Origin: Octopus sinensis
Lineage: Eukaryota
Direction: 5' to 3'
Assembly (NCBI RefSeq): GCF_006345805.1
Contig: NC_042999.1
Span: forward strand, 135,284,001-135,348,000
DNA length: 64,000 nucleotides
In this document: positions 27,198 through 43,144 of the stretch, in pieces
How the letters are laid out: each line of letters begins with the position of its first letter
Numbering within the stretch: the first letter of the stretch is position 1
The notes under the pieces: model-generated
The model's input: only the letters and a program-made list of their open reading frames with translations
What the model was told of the DNA's origin: nothing
The model's database searches: none
Position numbers and translations under genes: made by a program

Positions 27198-27441
27198 TAT
27201 ACAAACACACACACACACACATGCATGCATATATATACATGCTCACACACATGCATATATACACATGCTCACACACACACACGCATATATACACATGCTC
27301 ACACACACGCATATATACACATACTAACACACACATGCATATATACACATTCTAACACACAAATGTGCATATACACACATTCTAACACACAAACGCGCAT
27401 ATATACACATTCTAACACACAAACGTGCATATATACACATA

Positions 27442-28443
27442 TGTAGCGGTATCTGACATCCTCACTGTTTGAGAGACACGGCAGGAATGATCTCGTTTGA
27501 GATTACAGCCATCTTTGGCCAAGTTGTTCCTGTTGTGTCCACTTATCTGATTGGTTGACATGTGGCGCGATTTGTCTCTACTTATTTCGCGCCACTGTCC
27601 AAAGCCAACCAATCACGGCCTTTGGTTAAGGTCCCTTTTCCTAGGCTCTGTTGAGCCACCTTTCTTGTATATAAAGGATTGTTCTCAGTATACTTGGTCT
27701 TTGACTCCAGACCTTCTAAGGTCTAGTCACTGACCACAGAGCTACTCAACATGTTTCAGTTCCAGCGACTGACGATTGCTCCTGCTACAACCAGTGACGA
27801 CGCTAACATACACCAGCACCGCAGAACGTCTTCTATCTCCGCTGCCGTCGTCACCATCATTGTACCAACTTCAAGTCGTCTCTACCATCATCCACTTTAG
27901 ATATGTACACACCAACTTCACAGACCCACGCTGTTAGAGTGAATCCCTTCACCACGTATAACAGTCCATCTGAAGAATTCTATATTAGGAGAACCAGCTC
28001 GGCGATTGAGACCACAACTGCGGCTTGACAATATTCGCCCAACCGGTCTCCGCCCGAGACACATCTTGATATGGAACTCTTACATATCGTGTACCTTATG
28101 AACTGTAAACCAATTTCCATCATTAACTCTACACTCTGTGCTTTCTGTGTCACATGCATTCACCCTCATTTGTATCTGTCACACACACGAACACACAGAC
28201 ACAAACACTTGTTGCATGCACACATACACAACACTTGCTAGCACTCACAACCCTCTAACCTTAACACCTTTTAAATAAAATCTTATCTTCTCTCAAACAG
28301 TGGAACGGCTTGTCATCACTCATCTATATTCTGTTGGCACTGCATTGTATAAATTGTATTTATGGCTTATCTTATTTCATTAGGGATGCGGCCGAGTGAC
28401 TTACCTATGTCGCCAACCTCCACATACGGTCGTATTTCCTACA
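27442..28443 (+). mobile_element. Solo LTR (1002 bp), probably Gypsy/Ty3-type
   Basis: TGTAG...CTACA termini, 4-bp TSD CATA on both sides, CCAAT at 27609, TATATAAA at 27668, AATAAA at 28274. Confidence 0.82.
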
Positions 28444-29735
28444 CATACTAACACACCCACACGCATATAAACACATACTAACACACACACGCATATATAC
28501 ACATACTAACACACTCACACACAGATACACACACACGCTCGTACCCACAGGCACAGATACAAACACACGTTCGTACTCAGATGCATAGATACATACACAC
28601 ACACGCTCGTACGCAAACACACAGATACATGTTCGTACCTAGACACACAGATGCAAACATGCTCATGCCCAAACGCACAGATACATACACACACAGATAC
28701 ACACATCTGGATATACACGCATGAATGCACACACATACATCTAGATACACACACACATCTTGATATACATGCGCATGCACATACACACACATCTAGATAT
28801 ACACGTGCATACACACATCTAGATGTACAAGCATGCATGCACACACAGATCTAGATGTATACATGTGTGCACACGCATCTAGATATAGACACGTGCATGC
28901 ACACACACACATCTAGATATAGACACGTGCACACACACACATACATCTAGATATACACACGTGCACGCACAACATACATGTAGATATACACACGCGCATG
29001 CACACATCTAGGTATACACACGCACATCTAGATACATGCAGGCGCACGCAAACACACATCTAGATACACACACACGCACGCACACTCATGTAGATACACA
29101 CGCGCGCACGCATACACTCATCTAGATACACACACGCGCACGCACACATCCAGATATACACACACGCACATCCAGATATACAAATGCACACGCACACATC
29201 AAGATATACACACGTGCACGCACACATCCAGATATACACACGCGCACGCACACATCCAGATATACACACGCACACATCCAGATATACACATGCACATGCA
29301 CTCATCTAGATGTACACAAGAGCACGCACACATCTAGATATACACATACACACACACCTAGATATATACACGCACAAACATCTAGATATGCACACACACA
29401 AACCTCTAGATATATACACGCGCAGACATCAAGATATGCACACGCACAAACACATCTAGATATCACACATGCACAGACCAAGATATTCACAAACATCTTC
29501 ATATAGACACACACATGTAGATACACACACACACACATCTAGATATATACACACAACCACACACGCACACACAGTAGATATACACACACACATGCACACA
29601 GTACATACATGTGCACACAGTCGATATACAAACATACACATGTACAGTAGATATACACACACATAAATACATATATATATACATACTTATATAAACATAT
29701 ATATATATACGTACATATATGCACATATAAAAATG

Positions 29736-29767
<32 letters not shown>

Positions 29768-30649
29768 TATAAAAAAGTATATATATATATGCACATATAT
29801 ACATGTATATATATATATGCACATATATACATGTATATATATATATGCACATATATACATATGCATATATATATGCACATATATACATATGCATATATAT
29901 ATACATACTTATCTATACATATATACATATGCATATATATATACATACTTATCTAAACATATATATATATACATACTTATGTATATATATATATACATAT
30001 GCATGTATATATACATACTTATCTATATATATATACATACTTATATATACATATATACATATGCATATATATATACATACTTATCTATACATATATACAT
30101 ATGCATATATATATATATACATACTTATCTATACATATATACATATGCATATATATATATATACATACTTATCTATACATATATACATTTGCATATATAT
30201 ATATACATACTTATCTATACATATATACATATGCATATATATATATACATACTTATCTATACATATATACATATGCATATATATATATACATACTTATCT
30301 ATACATATATACATATGCATATATATATATACATACTTATCTATACATATATACATATGCATATATATATATACATACTTATCTATACATATATACATAC
30401 TTAACTATACATATATACATATGCATATATATATATATACATACTTATCTAAACATATATACATATGCATATATATATACATACTTATATATACATATGC
30501 ATATATATATATACATACTTATCTATATATACATATATATATACATATGCATATATATATATATACATACTTATCTATACATACATATATATATACATAT
30601 ATATATACATACTTATCTATACATACATATATATATACATACTTATCTA
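28444..30649. repeat. Compound minisatellite (TCTAGA-cored about 24-30 bp units, then 40-42 bp cttatct units)
   Basis: Directly visible; cttatct recurs at 30210, 30252 and 30294. Confidence 0.93.
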
Positions 30650-30749
30650 NNNNNNNNNNNNNNNNNNNNNNNNNNNNNNNNNNNNNNNNNNNNNNNNNNN
30701 NNNNNNNNNNNNNNNNNNNNNNNNNNNNNNNNNNNNNNNNNNNNNNNNN
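30650..30749. other. Assembly gap (100 N)
   Basis: Exactly 100 N, typical placeholder for a join of unknown size. Confidence 0.99.
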
Positions 30750-32071
30750 TATGGCATGTCTTTCTCGCATACACTCTAAGGAATAGAGTCTTAATCTCTT
30801 GAGTCTTTCCCAATAGCTTATATGCTGCATAGAGGCTATCTTCTTCGTGTAGCTTCGTTGGATTGCCTCAAGTTCTGAGATTAATTTGACACTGGTTGGT
30901 GACCATAGCTGAGAGCAATAGTCAAAGTGGCTTAGGACAAGTGTCCTCCAGAGGACCATCATGGTTTCCTGGTCTCTTGTTCTAAAAGTGCTAAGAATCC
31001 ATCTGGTCAGATGCCTACATTTCATTACCAATTTAGCAACATGTACATGAAAGATTGCATCATTACTCATGTAAATACCCAGGTCTTGCACTGATTGTGC
31101 CTCTAGGATTGCAATCCCTCCAGGTCCAGTGTATTTATTGGGTATTGCATTTAGTTTTGCATGCTGATAGCATAAAGCTTGAAACTTTTCAGCATTGAAC
31201 TGCATGCTATTCTTTTCAGCCCACTTGTATATTTCGACCAGCTCACATTGCAGGTGAAGTGTCTTCAGGGTTCTGTATTACCTGTGAAACTTTTGTATCA
31301 TCTGCATAACTTGTGATCATGGCTCTCTGTGTGGCTGAGGGCATGTCTGAGAGGGTCATTATGAACAGCAGTGGTCTCAAAACAAGGCCTTGCGGAACAC
31401 CGCTCACTATTTGTGTGTTATTGGAGGTGGCCCCATTGGCTACTACCACCTGACTTCTATCCTTCAGAAAGTCATGAAGACATTCTCCCAATTTTCCAAC
31501 TATGCCAAGATCACGCAGTTTGTGACATATCATTCCATGACCGACTTTATCAAAGGCCTTTTGAGTGGTTGAGCAGTTGTTTCAGCACCCAGTCATAGTG
31601 TTGTAAGAGCTGAGTTAGGCAGCTTCTTCCTGGTCGGAAACCATGTTGGGTGTCAGGCAGCAAGTCATTTTCTTCAAGGAAGGCGATTAGTTTCCTTCTG
31701 ACTATTTGTTCCATGACCTTGCTGATGTGTGAGATCAGAGAGATAGGTCTGTAGTTCTTGGCCTCCACTCTGCTACCTCCTTTATGAATAGGGCATATTT
31801 TACCCTCCTTCAGTTTTCTTGATAGGACTCGCTTACATACTCTTAGAAGGTTTGCTGGGAATCCATTAGGGCCAGTAGCTGAGTTTGGGTTCATTTCTTC
31901 TATAGCCCTTATTACATCGTCTTCCTTTATATTGATGTAATCAATCATCATTGCCTTTGATTTTATACCTGCAGTGGTAAAGAAGTCAGTTGGATTGCTG
32001 ACTTGAAAGTGCCCTAGGGGTGGAGTGAAAATACTTTTGAATTGCTCATTTAGTATTTCACTTATCCTCAT
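30750..32071 (-). mobile_element. CR1/L2-group LINE reverse transcriptase remnant, 5'-truncated
   Basis: NYRPISLISHISKVME, QHGFRPGRSCLTQLL, SGVPQG, SYADDTKV, MQFNAEKF, DYCSQLWSP; contains frameshifts and deletions. Confidence 0.93.
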
Positions 32072-32770
32072 TATATACACATATATACACACATATATAT
32101 ATATATACACACATATATATATACACACATATATATATACACACATATATATATACACACATATATATACACACATATATATACACACACATATATATAT
32201 ATATACACACACACATACACACACATATACACACATATACATATACACACATATACATATATATACATACACACACATATACATATATACATACACACAC
32301 ACATACATATATACATACACACACACATACATATATACATACACACACATATACATATACACACACACATATACATACACACACACATATATATATATAC
32401 ATATACACACATACATATATACATATGCACACATACATATATACATATGCACACAAACATATATACATATGCACACATACATATATACATATGCACACAT
32501 ACATATATACATATGCACACATACATATATACATATGCACACATACATATACACACATACATATATACATATACACACATACATATATACATATACACAC
32601 ATACATATATACATATACACACATACATATATACATATACACATACATATACATATACACACATACATATACACACATACATATACACACATACATATAT
32701 ACATATACACACATACATATACACACATACATATACACACACACACACATACATATACACACATACATAT

Positions 32771-32803
<33 letters not shown>

Positions 32804-33680
32804 CACAGACATATATACGCATATATATACAGACATATATACGCATATATATACAGACATATATACGCATATATATACATATACACACATACGCATATAT
32901 ATACATATACACACATATATACACATATACACACATATATATATACACACACACATATATATACACACACACATATATATACACACACACACATACATAT
33001 CTATATACACACACACACATCTATATATACATACACACACATATATATATACATACACACACATATATATACATACACACACATATATATACACACACAC
33101 ATATATATATACACACACACATATATATACACACACACACATATATATACACACACACATATATATATACACACACACATATATATATACACACACACAT
33201 ATATATATACACACACACATATATATATACACACACATATATATATATACACACATATATATACACACATATATATACACACACATATATACACACACAC
33301 ATATATACACTCACACATATATACACACACATATATATACACACACATATATATACACACACATATATATATACACACACACACACATATATACATATAT
33401 GTATGCATATATGTATATATATATATGTATATATATATGTATATATATATATGTATACATATATGTATATATATATATGTATACATATATGTATATGTAT
33501 ATATATATATATGTATACATATATATGTATACATATATGTATACATATATATATACACATATATATACACATATATGTATACATATATGTATACATATAT
33601 GTATACATATATACACATATATATACACATATATATACACATATATATGTATACATATACAAATATATATGTATATACAT
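32072..33680. repeat. (AC/AT)-derived microsatellite/minisatellite block
   Basis: Directly visible. Confidence 0.95.
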
Positions 33681-34062
33681 ATCATCATCATCGTTTAGCG
33701 TCCGTTTTCCATGCTAGCATGGGTTGGACGGTTCTACTGGGGTCTGTGAAGCCGGAAGGCTTCATCAGGCCCAGTCAAATCTGGCAGTGTTTCTACGGCT
33801 GGATGCCCTTCCTAACGCCAACCACTCCGAGAGTGTAGTGGGTGCTTTTTACGTGCCACCCGCACAGGTGCCAGACAGAGCTGGCAAACGGCCACGAACG
33901 GATGGTGCTTTTTATGTGCCACCGGCACGAGGGCCAGGCGAGGCTGGCAACGGACACGAAACGGGGTGGTGCTGGCAACGGTCGCGAAACAGAAGGTTAT
34001 CTTACATGCCACCGGCACTGGTAACCCATCTGCAATTTCCATTGATCGATTTCAATTCTGAT
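33681..34062 (-). mobile_element. SINE family C
   Basis: catcatcatcgtttagcgtccg... homologous to 6927-7335. Confidence 0.8.
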
Positions 34063-34509
34063 CCATATACGTATACATATACAAATATATATGTATATAC
34101 ATATACATATATGTATACATATACAAATATATATGTATATACATATACATATACAAATATATATGTATATACATATACAAATATGTATGTATACATATAC
34201 AAATATATATGTATACATATACAAATATATATGTATACATATACAAATATATATGTATACATATACAAATATATATGTATACATATACAAATATATATGT
34301 ATATACATATACAAATATATATGTATATACATATACAAATATATATGTATACATATACAAATATATATGTATATACATATACAAATATATATGTATATAC
34401 ATATATGTATACATATACAAATATATATGTATATACATATATGTATACATATACAAATATATATGTATATACATATATGTATACATATACAAATATATAT
34501 GTATATACA

Positions 34510-34870
34510 ACATATCCGATGTCTAGCCTCATGGCACCTATGTATGTGGCACATAAAAAAAACAACATGTACCGTATGCCAGCCTCGTCTATGTCGGTAT
34601 GGCACATAAAAAAACACATCCGAGCGTGGCCGTCTGCCAGCCTCGTCTGGCACCTATGTATGCACATATAAAAACATACATCCGAGCGTATATAGCCTCG
34701 TCGGCACCGTGTCGGTGCACATATACCCAATACACTCTATGTTGTATAGGGCATCAAGCTGTAGAAATATGCCACATCTGATATGGTGCACTTAGGGCTT
34801 CCAGACAGTTGAACCGTACAACCATATAGCATGGAAACGGACGTTAAACGATATGATGATGATGATGATA
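34510..34870 (+). mobile_element. SINE family C copy, heavily corrupted, inverted relative to 33681
   Basis: Ends ggacgttaaacgatatgatgatgatg; body colinear with 52232-52580 but with many indels. Confidence 0.7.
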
Positions 34871-37100
34871 TATGATACATATACAAATATATATGTATAC
34901 AATATGTAACATATACAAATATATATGTATATACATATAGTATACATATACAAATATATTGTATACATATATGTATACATATACAAATATATATGTATAC
35001 ATATACATATACAAATATATATGTATATATATATACATATACAAATATATATGTATATATATATACATATACAAATATATATGTATATATATATACATAT
35101 ACAAATATATATGTATATATATATACATATACAAATATATATGTATATATATATACATATACAAATATATATGTATATATATATACATATACAAATATAT
35201 ATGTATATATATATACATATACAAATATATATGTAACATATATGTATACATATACAAATATATATATACATATACATATACAAATATATAGTATACATTA
35301 CATATACAAATATATATGTATACATATACATATACAAATATATATGTATACATATACATATACAAATATATATGTATATATATATATACATATACATATG
35401 TATATATATATATGTATACATATACATATGTATATACATACATATACATATGTATATACATATATGTATACATATACATATGTATATACATATATGTATA
35501 CATATACATATGTATATACATATATGCATACATATATACATATATGCATACATATACATATGTATATACATATATGCATACATATACATATGTATATACA
35601 TATATGCATACATATACATATGTATATACATATATGCATACATATGTATATACATATATGCATACATATGTATATACATATATGCATACATATATATATA
35701 CATATATGCATACATATGTATATACATATATGCATACATATATATATACATATATGCATACATATATTATACATATATGCATACATATATATATACATAT
35801 ATGCATACATATATATACATATATGCATACATATATATATATACATATATGCATACATATATATATACATATATGCATACATTATATATATACATATATG
35901 CATACATATATTATACATATATGCATACATATATATAACATATATGCATACATATATATATACATATATGCATACATATATATATACATATATGCATACA
36001 TATATATATACATATATGCATACATATATATATACATATATGCATACATATATATATACATATATGCATACATATATATATACATATATGCATACATATA
36101 TATATACATATATGCATACATATATATATACATATATGCATACATATATATATACATATATGCATACATATATATATACATATATGCATACATATATATA
36201 TACATATATGCATACATATATATATACATATATGCATACATATATGCATATATGCATACATATATATATATATACATATATGCATACATATATATATATA
36301 TACACATATATGCATACATATATATATATATATACATATATGCATACATATATATATATATACATATATGCATACATATATATATATATACATATATGCA
36401 TACATATATATATATATACATATATGCATACATATATATATATATACATATATGCATACATATATATATATATATATATATGCATACATATATATATATA
36501 TATACATACATTATGCATACATATATATATATATACATATATGCATACATATAATATATATATATATATGCATACATATATAATATACATATATGCATAC
36601 ATATATATATATATATATGCATACATATATATATATATATATATACATACATATATATATATATATATACATATATAATATATATATACATACATATATA
36701 TATATATACATACATACATATATATATATATACATACATATATATATATAATATACATACTATATATATACATACATATATATATATACATACATATATA
36801 CATACATATATATATATACATACATATATATATATACATACATATATCATACTATATACATATATGCATACATATATACATATATGCATACATATATACA
36901 TATATGCATAATATATACATATATGCATACATATATACATATATGCATACATATATACATATATGCATACATATATACATATATGCATACATATATACAT
37001 ATATGCATACATATATACATATATGCATACATATATACATACATACATATATACATACATACAGATATACATACATACATATATACATACATACATATAC

Positions 37101-37131
<31 letters not shown>

Positions 37132-37884
37132 ATACATACATATATATATACATAATATATATATACATACTATATATATACATACATATATATATACATA
37201 TATATAACATAATATATATATACATCATATATATATACATACATATATACATACATATATATATACATCATATATACATACATATATACATACATATATA
37301 TATACATACCTATAATATACATACATATATATATACATACATATATATATACATACATATATAATACATACATATATATATACACATATATTATACAACA
37401 TTATATATATACATACATATATACATACATACATACATTAACATATACATATTTGCATACATATATATATCATCATATATATATACATACATACATATAT
37501 ATACATACATACATACATATATATACATACATACATACATATATTATATACTAATACATACATAATCATTATATATATACATATATGCATACGTATATAT
37601 ACATATATGCATACATATATATATACATATATGCATACATATATATACATATATGCATACATATATATACATATATGCATACATATATATACATATATGC
37701 ATACATATATATACATATATGCATACATATATATACATATATGCATACATATATATATACATATATGCATACATGTATATATACATATATGCATACATGT
37801 ATATATACATATATGCATACATATATACATATATTTATATATATATATATATACATATATATATAATATATATAACACATATGC

Positions 37885-37931
<47 letters not shown>

Positions 37932-38037
37932 TACATATATATATACATATATATATGCATACATATATATTATACATATATATATGCATACATATATACA
38001 TATATTATATATATATATATATATATATAATATATGC

Positions 38038-38088
<51 letters not shown>

Positions 38089-38765
38089 GCATACATTATA
38101 TATATATATATATGCATACATATATATATACATATATGCATACATATATTATACAATATGCATATATATATATGCATACATATATAATAGACACATATGC
38201 ATACATATATACATATACATATATGCATACATTATATATATAATACATATATGCATACATATATATATATATATACATATATGCATACATATAATATATA
38301 ATATAACATATATGCATACATATATATATATATACATATATGCATACATATATATATATATATACATATATGCATACATATATATATATACATATATGCA
38401 TACATATATATATATACATATATGCATACATATATATATATATACATATATGCATACATATATATATATATACATATATGCATACATATATATATATACA
38501 TATATGCATACATATATATATACATATATGCATACATATATATATACACATATGTGCATACATATATATATATACACATATGTGCATACATATATATATA
38601 TACACATATGCATACATATATATATACACATATTCATACATATATATATACACATATGCATACATATATATATATACATATATGCATACATATATATATA
38701 TATATACATATATGCATACATATATATACATATATGCTTACATACATATACATATATGCATACAT
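34871..38765. repeat. Minisatellite block (30-bp unit near 35.0-35.2 kb; 24-bp CATATATGCATACATATATATATA unit near 35.9-36.2 kb)
   Basis: Periods read directly from aligned lines. Confidence 0.95.
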
Positions 38766-39678
38766 TCTTCTAGTTTTCAATTATATATTTACTTTAAGTA
38801 TAATACACAGATTGCTATTTTGAACTAATACTGCGTCTGCTGCCCAAAATTCATTTTATGCAGCCAGCCAGCTAATTCCAATATTGATATTAGCTGATTT
38901 TATTTTAGCATGATGATTGCCAGTGGACACCTGTGACTGACAAAGTCCCTAGAGGTAGAATGACACATTTCGCAATGCCGCCTCCACTACTGGATGATTA
39001 TCATCTGCTAGTGATATAGTTCTGTATTTTCTAACACTATATATGTATACTGGTACAAATTCCCCAGTTTATCTGGCTTTCAATGTTGTATCTAATTATG
39101 ATACAGAGATTGCCATATAGCATCATGTTGATCATTTAAGTCCATGTTCCATGCTGGCATGGGTTGGATGGTTTGACAGGATCTGATATGTTCAAGGGTT
39201 GGATTGTGCTCCAGTGTTGCTTTGGTATGGTTTCTATAGCCAAATCCTCTTCTTAATACCAAGCACTTTACAGTGTATACTGGCTTCTTTTTTCATGCAA
39301 CCAACACTAGTGAGGTCTCCTTGCAGCTTGCAAGTCCACAAAACCTAAGGGGAGGGGCTTTATGCTAGCAAGTGAGAGTTAAAGAAAGAAAAGAAAGAGT
39401 TGGTATAGAGTGGGTTCTTGTCGGAGGGGAGCTACTTGGCTACTTACATTTAGGAGTGAGTTAGAAATGAAACCAATACATATACATACATATATATTAC
39501 AATATATACATTTGCACTATATATATATATATGGAGAGAGAGAGAATGTTATAGGTATATATATATATGTACACACACATAAATATATAGATACATATAA
39601 ATGCAGACATTTATATGTATATTATATATCCATCCCTACCTCCCATTGTATATATGATGATAATGATGGTTATATATA

Positions 39679-41366
39679 CTAGCAAATGCACCTGTCCTTT
39701 TGACAGTGTAATTTATTATAATGGCGCACTCCTTTGGACAGTTTAAGTTGAGTTAGCCCACAGTTAGAAGTCGTTTCAAATTGATAAATGTAAAATGTAT
39801 AATTACCAATTTTATTTACAGTTTATTATATGGCATTAAGCACCCAAGGTAATGAATGAAGTTTTTTTAACACAAACTTGGCAGTTAGTAATAAATGAAA
39901 GTCCATGAAATGAGATCACAATAGCAGTAGGCATTAGGGATCCTATATCTAACCTGAAGCATTTTGTAGCATGTAGTTATTTTATTCATAATGCCCAACA
40001 CAACCGCATTGGAGTCTTTTTCAATGATAAACAAAAGCAAACATTTATAGCAAACACGCAAATAGAATAATGGCATGTACAAAAATAGATGTCAAATAGA
40101 TGTCAAAGTATGCTTATGAGTGAACAGCATGCAAGAAGTAAGAAGGGGCATTGAAGGTAATGTTCTGCTAACAGCAATCACAGAAATGAAGCAAAATATC
40201 AACGAAATGCTTGTAGGAAGTCTGACTGCTAATGGCCACAGTTTGGCGTAGATGTGAAGATCACAGTAGAGGAGTAACTACTGTAGGGGTGATTTGTAGA
40301 TGACATTTTTGGTTTTTCCTTCAGGGGCATAGATGAATAAGTTATCTGGATGGCCAACTCTGGAACAACCGACATAGGACTGTCCATGTGAAAAGCATGA
40401 TGTTCAAAGGTCCAATCTGATAACTTTCAGCGATTGACCTTGTGCTTTGTTAATTGTCATGACGAAGCTGAGTTTGAGAGGAAACTGGTGTACAGTAGGA
40501 GCAGTCTGCTAGGATGGGCGGAATTTTTGGAACAAAAATGGTATCGTTTTTGCCATGTCCTGTGATAATTTGGGCTTCAATGACATGGCCCATCATTTAT
40601 TTGACCACAAGGTGAGTTCCATTGCATAGTGTGGGTGTGTTTAGATTGCATAGGAGGATGACAGGGCAACTGACTTTTAAGTGAAGTTCATGGGGAGGGT
40701 GTCCTGGAGGATGTTGGGAGTTGAGAAATTCTGTTGGAAAGTGTGTAACCTGACAGAGGTTGGTAACAGTGTCAGCTGATCTGTAACAACATTCTCAAGA
40801 AGGCAGCTTACTGAGTAAGTTGTAGTTAAGAGTGATGACACCTGCATTTGTAGGTGCAAGAACAGCCCTGTGCTAATGTGCAAATATCGGCAGTTAGCAG
40901 TGAATGGACATTGTAAAAACTTATAATTGTCACAACTTTGTATGAGTAGAAGCAGAGAATATAATATGGATTAATGTCTGAAGGCATCTAAAAAATAATT
41001 GAAAGTTGATTTAAATTGCATGGCTACTTCAAGGAAGCACTAATGTGCAAATATTGGCAGTTTACAGTGAATGGGCATTGTAAAAACTGTAGTAGAAGAT
41101 AAAGTGAAAGTAGCATAGCTACGCCATCAAGAGTAATGTCCCTTGAAGAACGATTGTTGGTATTTGTTATTTACCTAATAGGAGTTTTCATCCCCTAGGG
41201 GCGGCATTACTCATTATGTGGAAAATTTGAAGAGTCTATGACCATCTCTCGAACGTAAGTGATGTATGCTCTCAGCGTGTGCGAAATCAGATGAAAGATA
41301 TTGATTTTAAGGAGGATCAAGAAAAAGGCCTACACACACACACCTTCCATTTTATTATATATAAGA
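39679..41366 (-). mobile_element. Helitron deletion derivative (1.69 kb) retaining a decayed PIF1-like helicase C-terminus
   Basis: 5' TCTTATATATAATAAAA; 3' hairpin CACTGTC-AAAAG-GACAGGTG followed by CATTTGCTAG. 40340-40720 reads PHELHLKVSCPVILLCNLN...LCNGTHLVVK...QFPLKLSFVMTINKAQGQSL...CFSHGQSYVGCSRVG. Confidence 0.9.
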
Positions 41367-41799
41367 TATATATGCATATTTATTTACATATATTCATACA
41401 CAATATACATATGCATGTTGCAGACACATTTTTAGGGTAAACACTTGTGTGCTGAAGATACTGCTACTCTCCTCTGATTGCAGGAGTTGATATCTCATCA
41501 GGCAGTGAAACAGCTATTTAGGTCTTTTGACCCCTTCCATTGCAACATCAGAGGTGCTTGGGGATCACCCACCAATGTAAATGACATGACTGACACAACA
41601 GCATGAACTTTATTGATGGAGATGATTGAGCCAGATGTTTCTGTCATCTGACCCAGACACACACACACAAACATGTAAAGATGATCAACTCATGCTAGCA
41701 TGAATGACAGATGCAATACACACTCTTAATATTGTCTCTCTCTCTCTCACCTCTTATTCTCAATTGATCACCTGACGAGGCACAGAAAAAAACACAATA

Positions 41800-42330
41800 C
41801 TGTCCCTTCCATCTTATTGATCCCCTTTGTAAAGTGATTAGATATCCCTCCTTCCCTCTTTACACCCATACCTCATTCTTATGTCCTGTCAACAAGAACC
41901 CTCATTTTTGCTTGCCTCTGGCTACATTCACCTCTATGTACTTTTGCCCTGCTTTACCCCTATCAGCTTGTCTCTCCCCCACCACACAGTCTTGTAACTT
42001 TTACCTCCCACTTTCACTTACCTCCCCCTACCTCATTCTGGCCCTGTCAACAGTTTTATTTTGCTGCTTTTCACCTTTTCAGTATTGTGAATCATAACAT
42101 CCTCTCTTCTGACCCACTTCCTTACCACCTCTCCCAATTCATATTTATTAATGACCACCCTCCACTCTTTTTAACTATTTCTCCCGGCTTTTCCCACACT
42201 CTTACAATTTTCACCATCAACCCTTCCTGATCTTGTCTCCAGTCTCTCTCTTTTATTCATTCCTGCTGTACCTTGAGGGTATGCCGACACCATCTTTATC
42301 TCTTTATTTCACCACCATCTTTATCTCTCT
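41800..42330 (-). mobile_element. Possible very decayed RTE-like endonuclease region
   Basis: Purine-rich minus strand like the RTE at 60.4 kb; only a short MVSAYPQG motif recognised. Confidence 0.3.
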
Positions 42331-42794
42331 TTTTGGCATCACCCCAATAACTCCCACCCACCCTTAACGTGGGGTAATCACATTGTTTCTGTTCCGCTTT
42401 CATTCTTTAATTATCAATATCTTGCGTATAGTTGCCTCCTTCTCTTCTGTACTCCCTCTCAGTTAAGGGGATATTTTAGTCTAATGGGTTACATAGCAAA
42501 TTCATACCCTGTACATTCTGTAAAGTGGTTGGCGTTAGGAAGAGCTTTCTGCCATAGAAACCATGCCAAAACAAACTCCAGAGCACGATGCAGTCCTCTG
42601 ACTCATCAGACATTGTCGAACCGTCTAACCAATACCAGCATGGAAGACGAACGTTAAATGATGGTACACATCCATATTAGAAATATTCACATACACACAT
42701 ATGTATATACAAATATATGTACATACACACACATTGGAACACATGCATTTTTAAAATAATATATATATTGTTTTAGTATTAAATATATAATACA

Positions 42795-42853
<59 letters not shown>

Positions 42854-43110
42854 TTAGTATTAATATATAATTCACGATATATATATATATATATATATAT
42901 GTCGCTAGATAGATGCGTGTATTATAATTATATAACATATATTATGCGTGCCTATGTACATCTAGTTTCGTATGGCTACATAATATACGACATTGATTTT
43001 TCAAGGTTACAAGGAAAAGACTCTGGAACTGATCTGACATCAGAAAACATAAATGAGTACACTGATACACATATATTAATATACATATAATATATACGTG
43101 GACACACATC

Positions 43111-43144
<34 letters not shown>

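Noticed and set aside
28405-38828. Dozens of long ORFs (up to 586 aa) rich in Y/I/C/V/M/H/T
   Set aside because: Alternating AT/AC repeats lack stop codons in most frames; only the LINE part of ORF 31550..33310 is real coding relic.
42585-42612. Hammerhead-like CTGATGA-GTC-AGAG-GAC on the minus strand
   Set aside because: The required GAAA after stem II is TGCA, and it lies in a diverged SINE.
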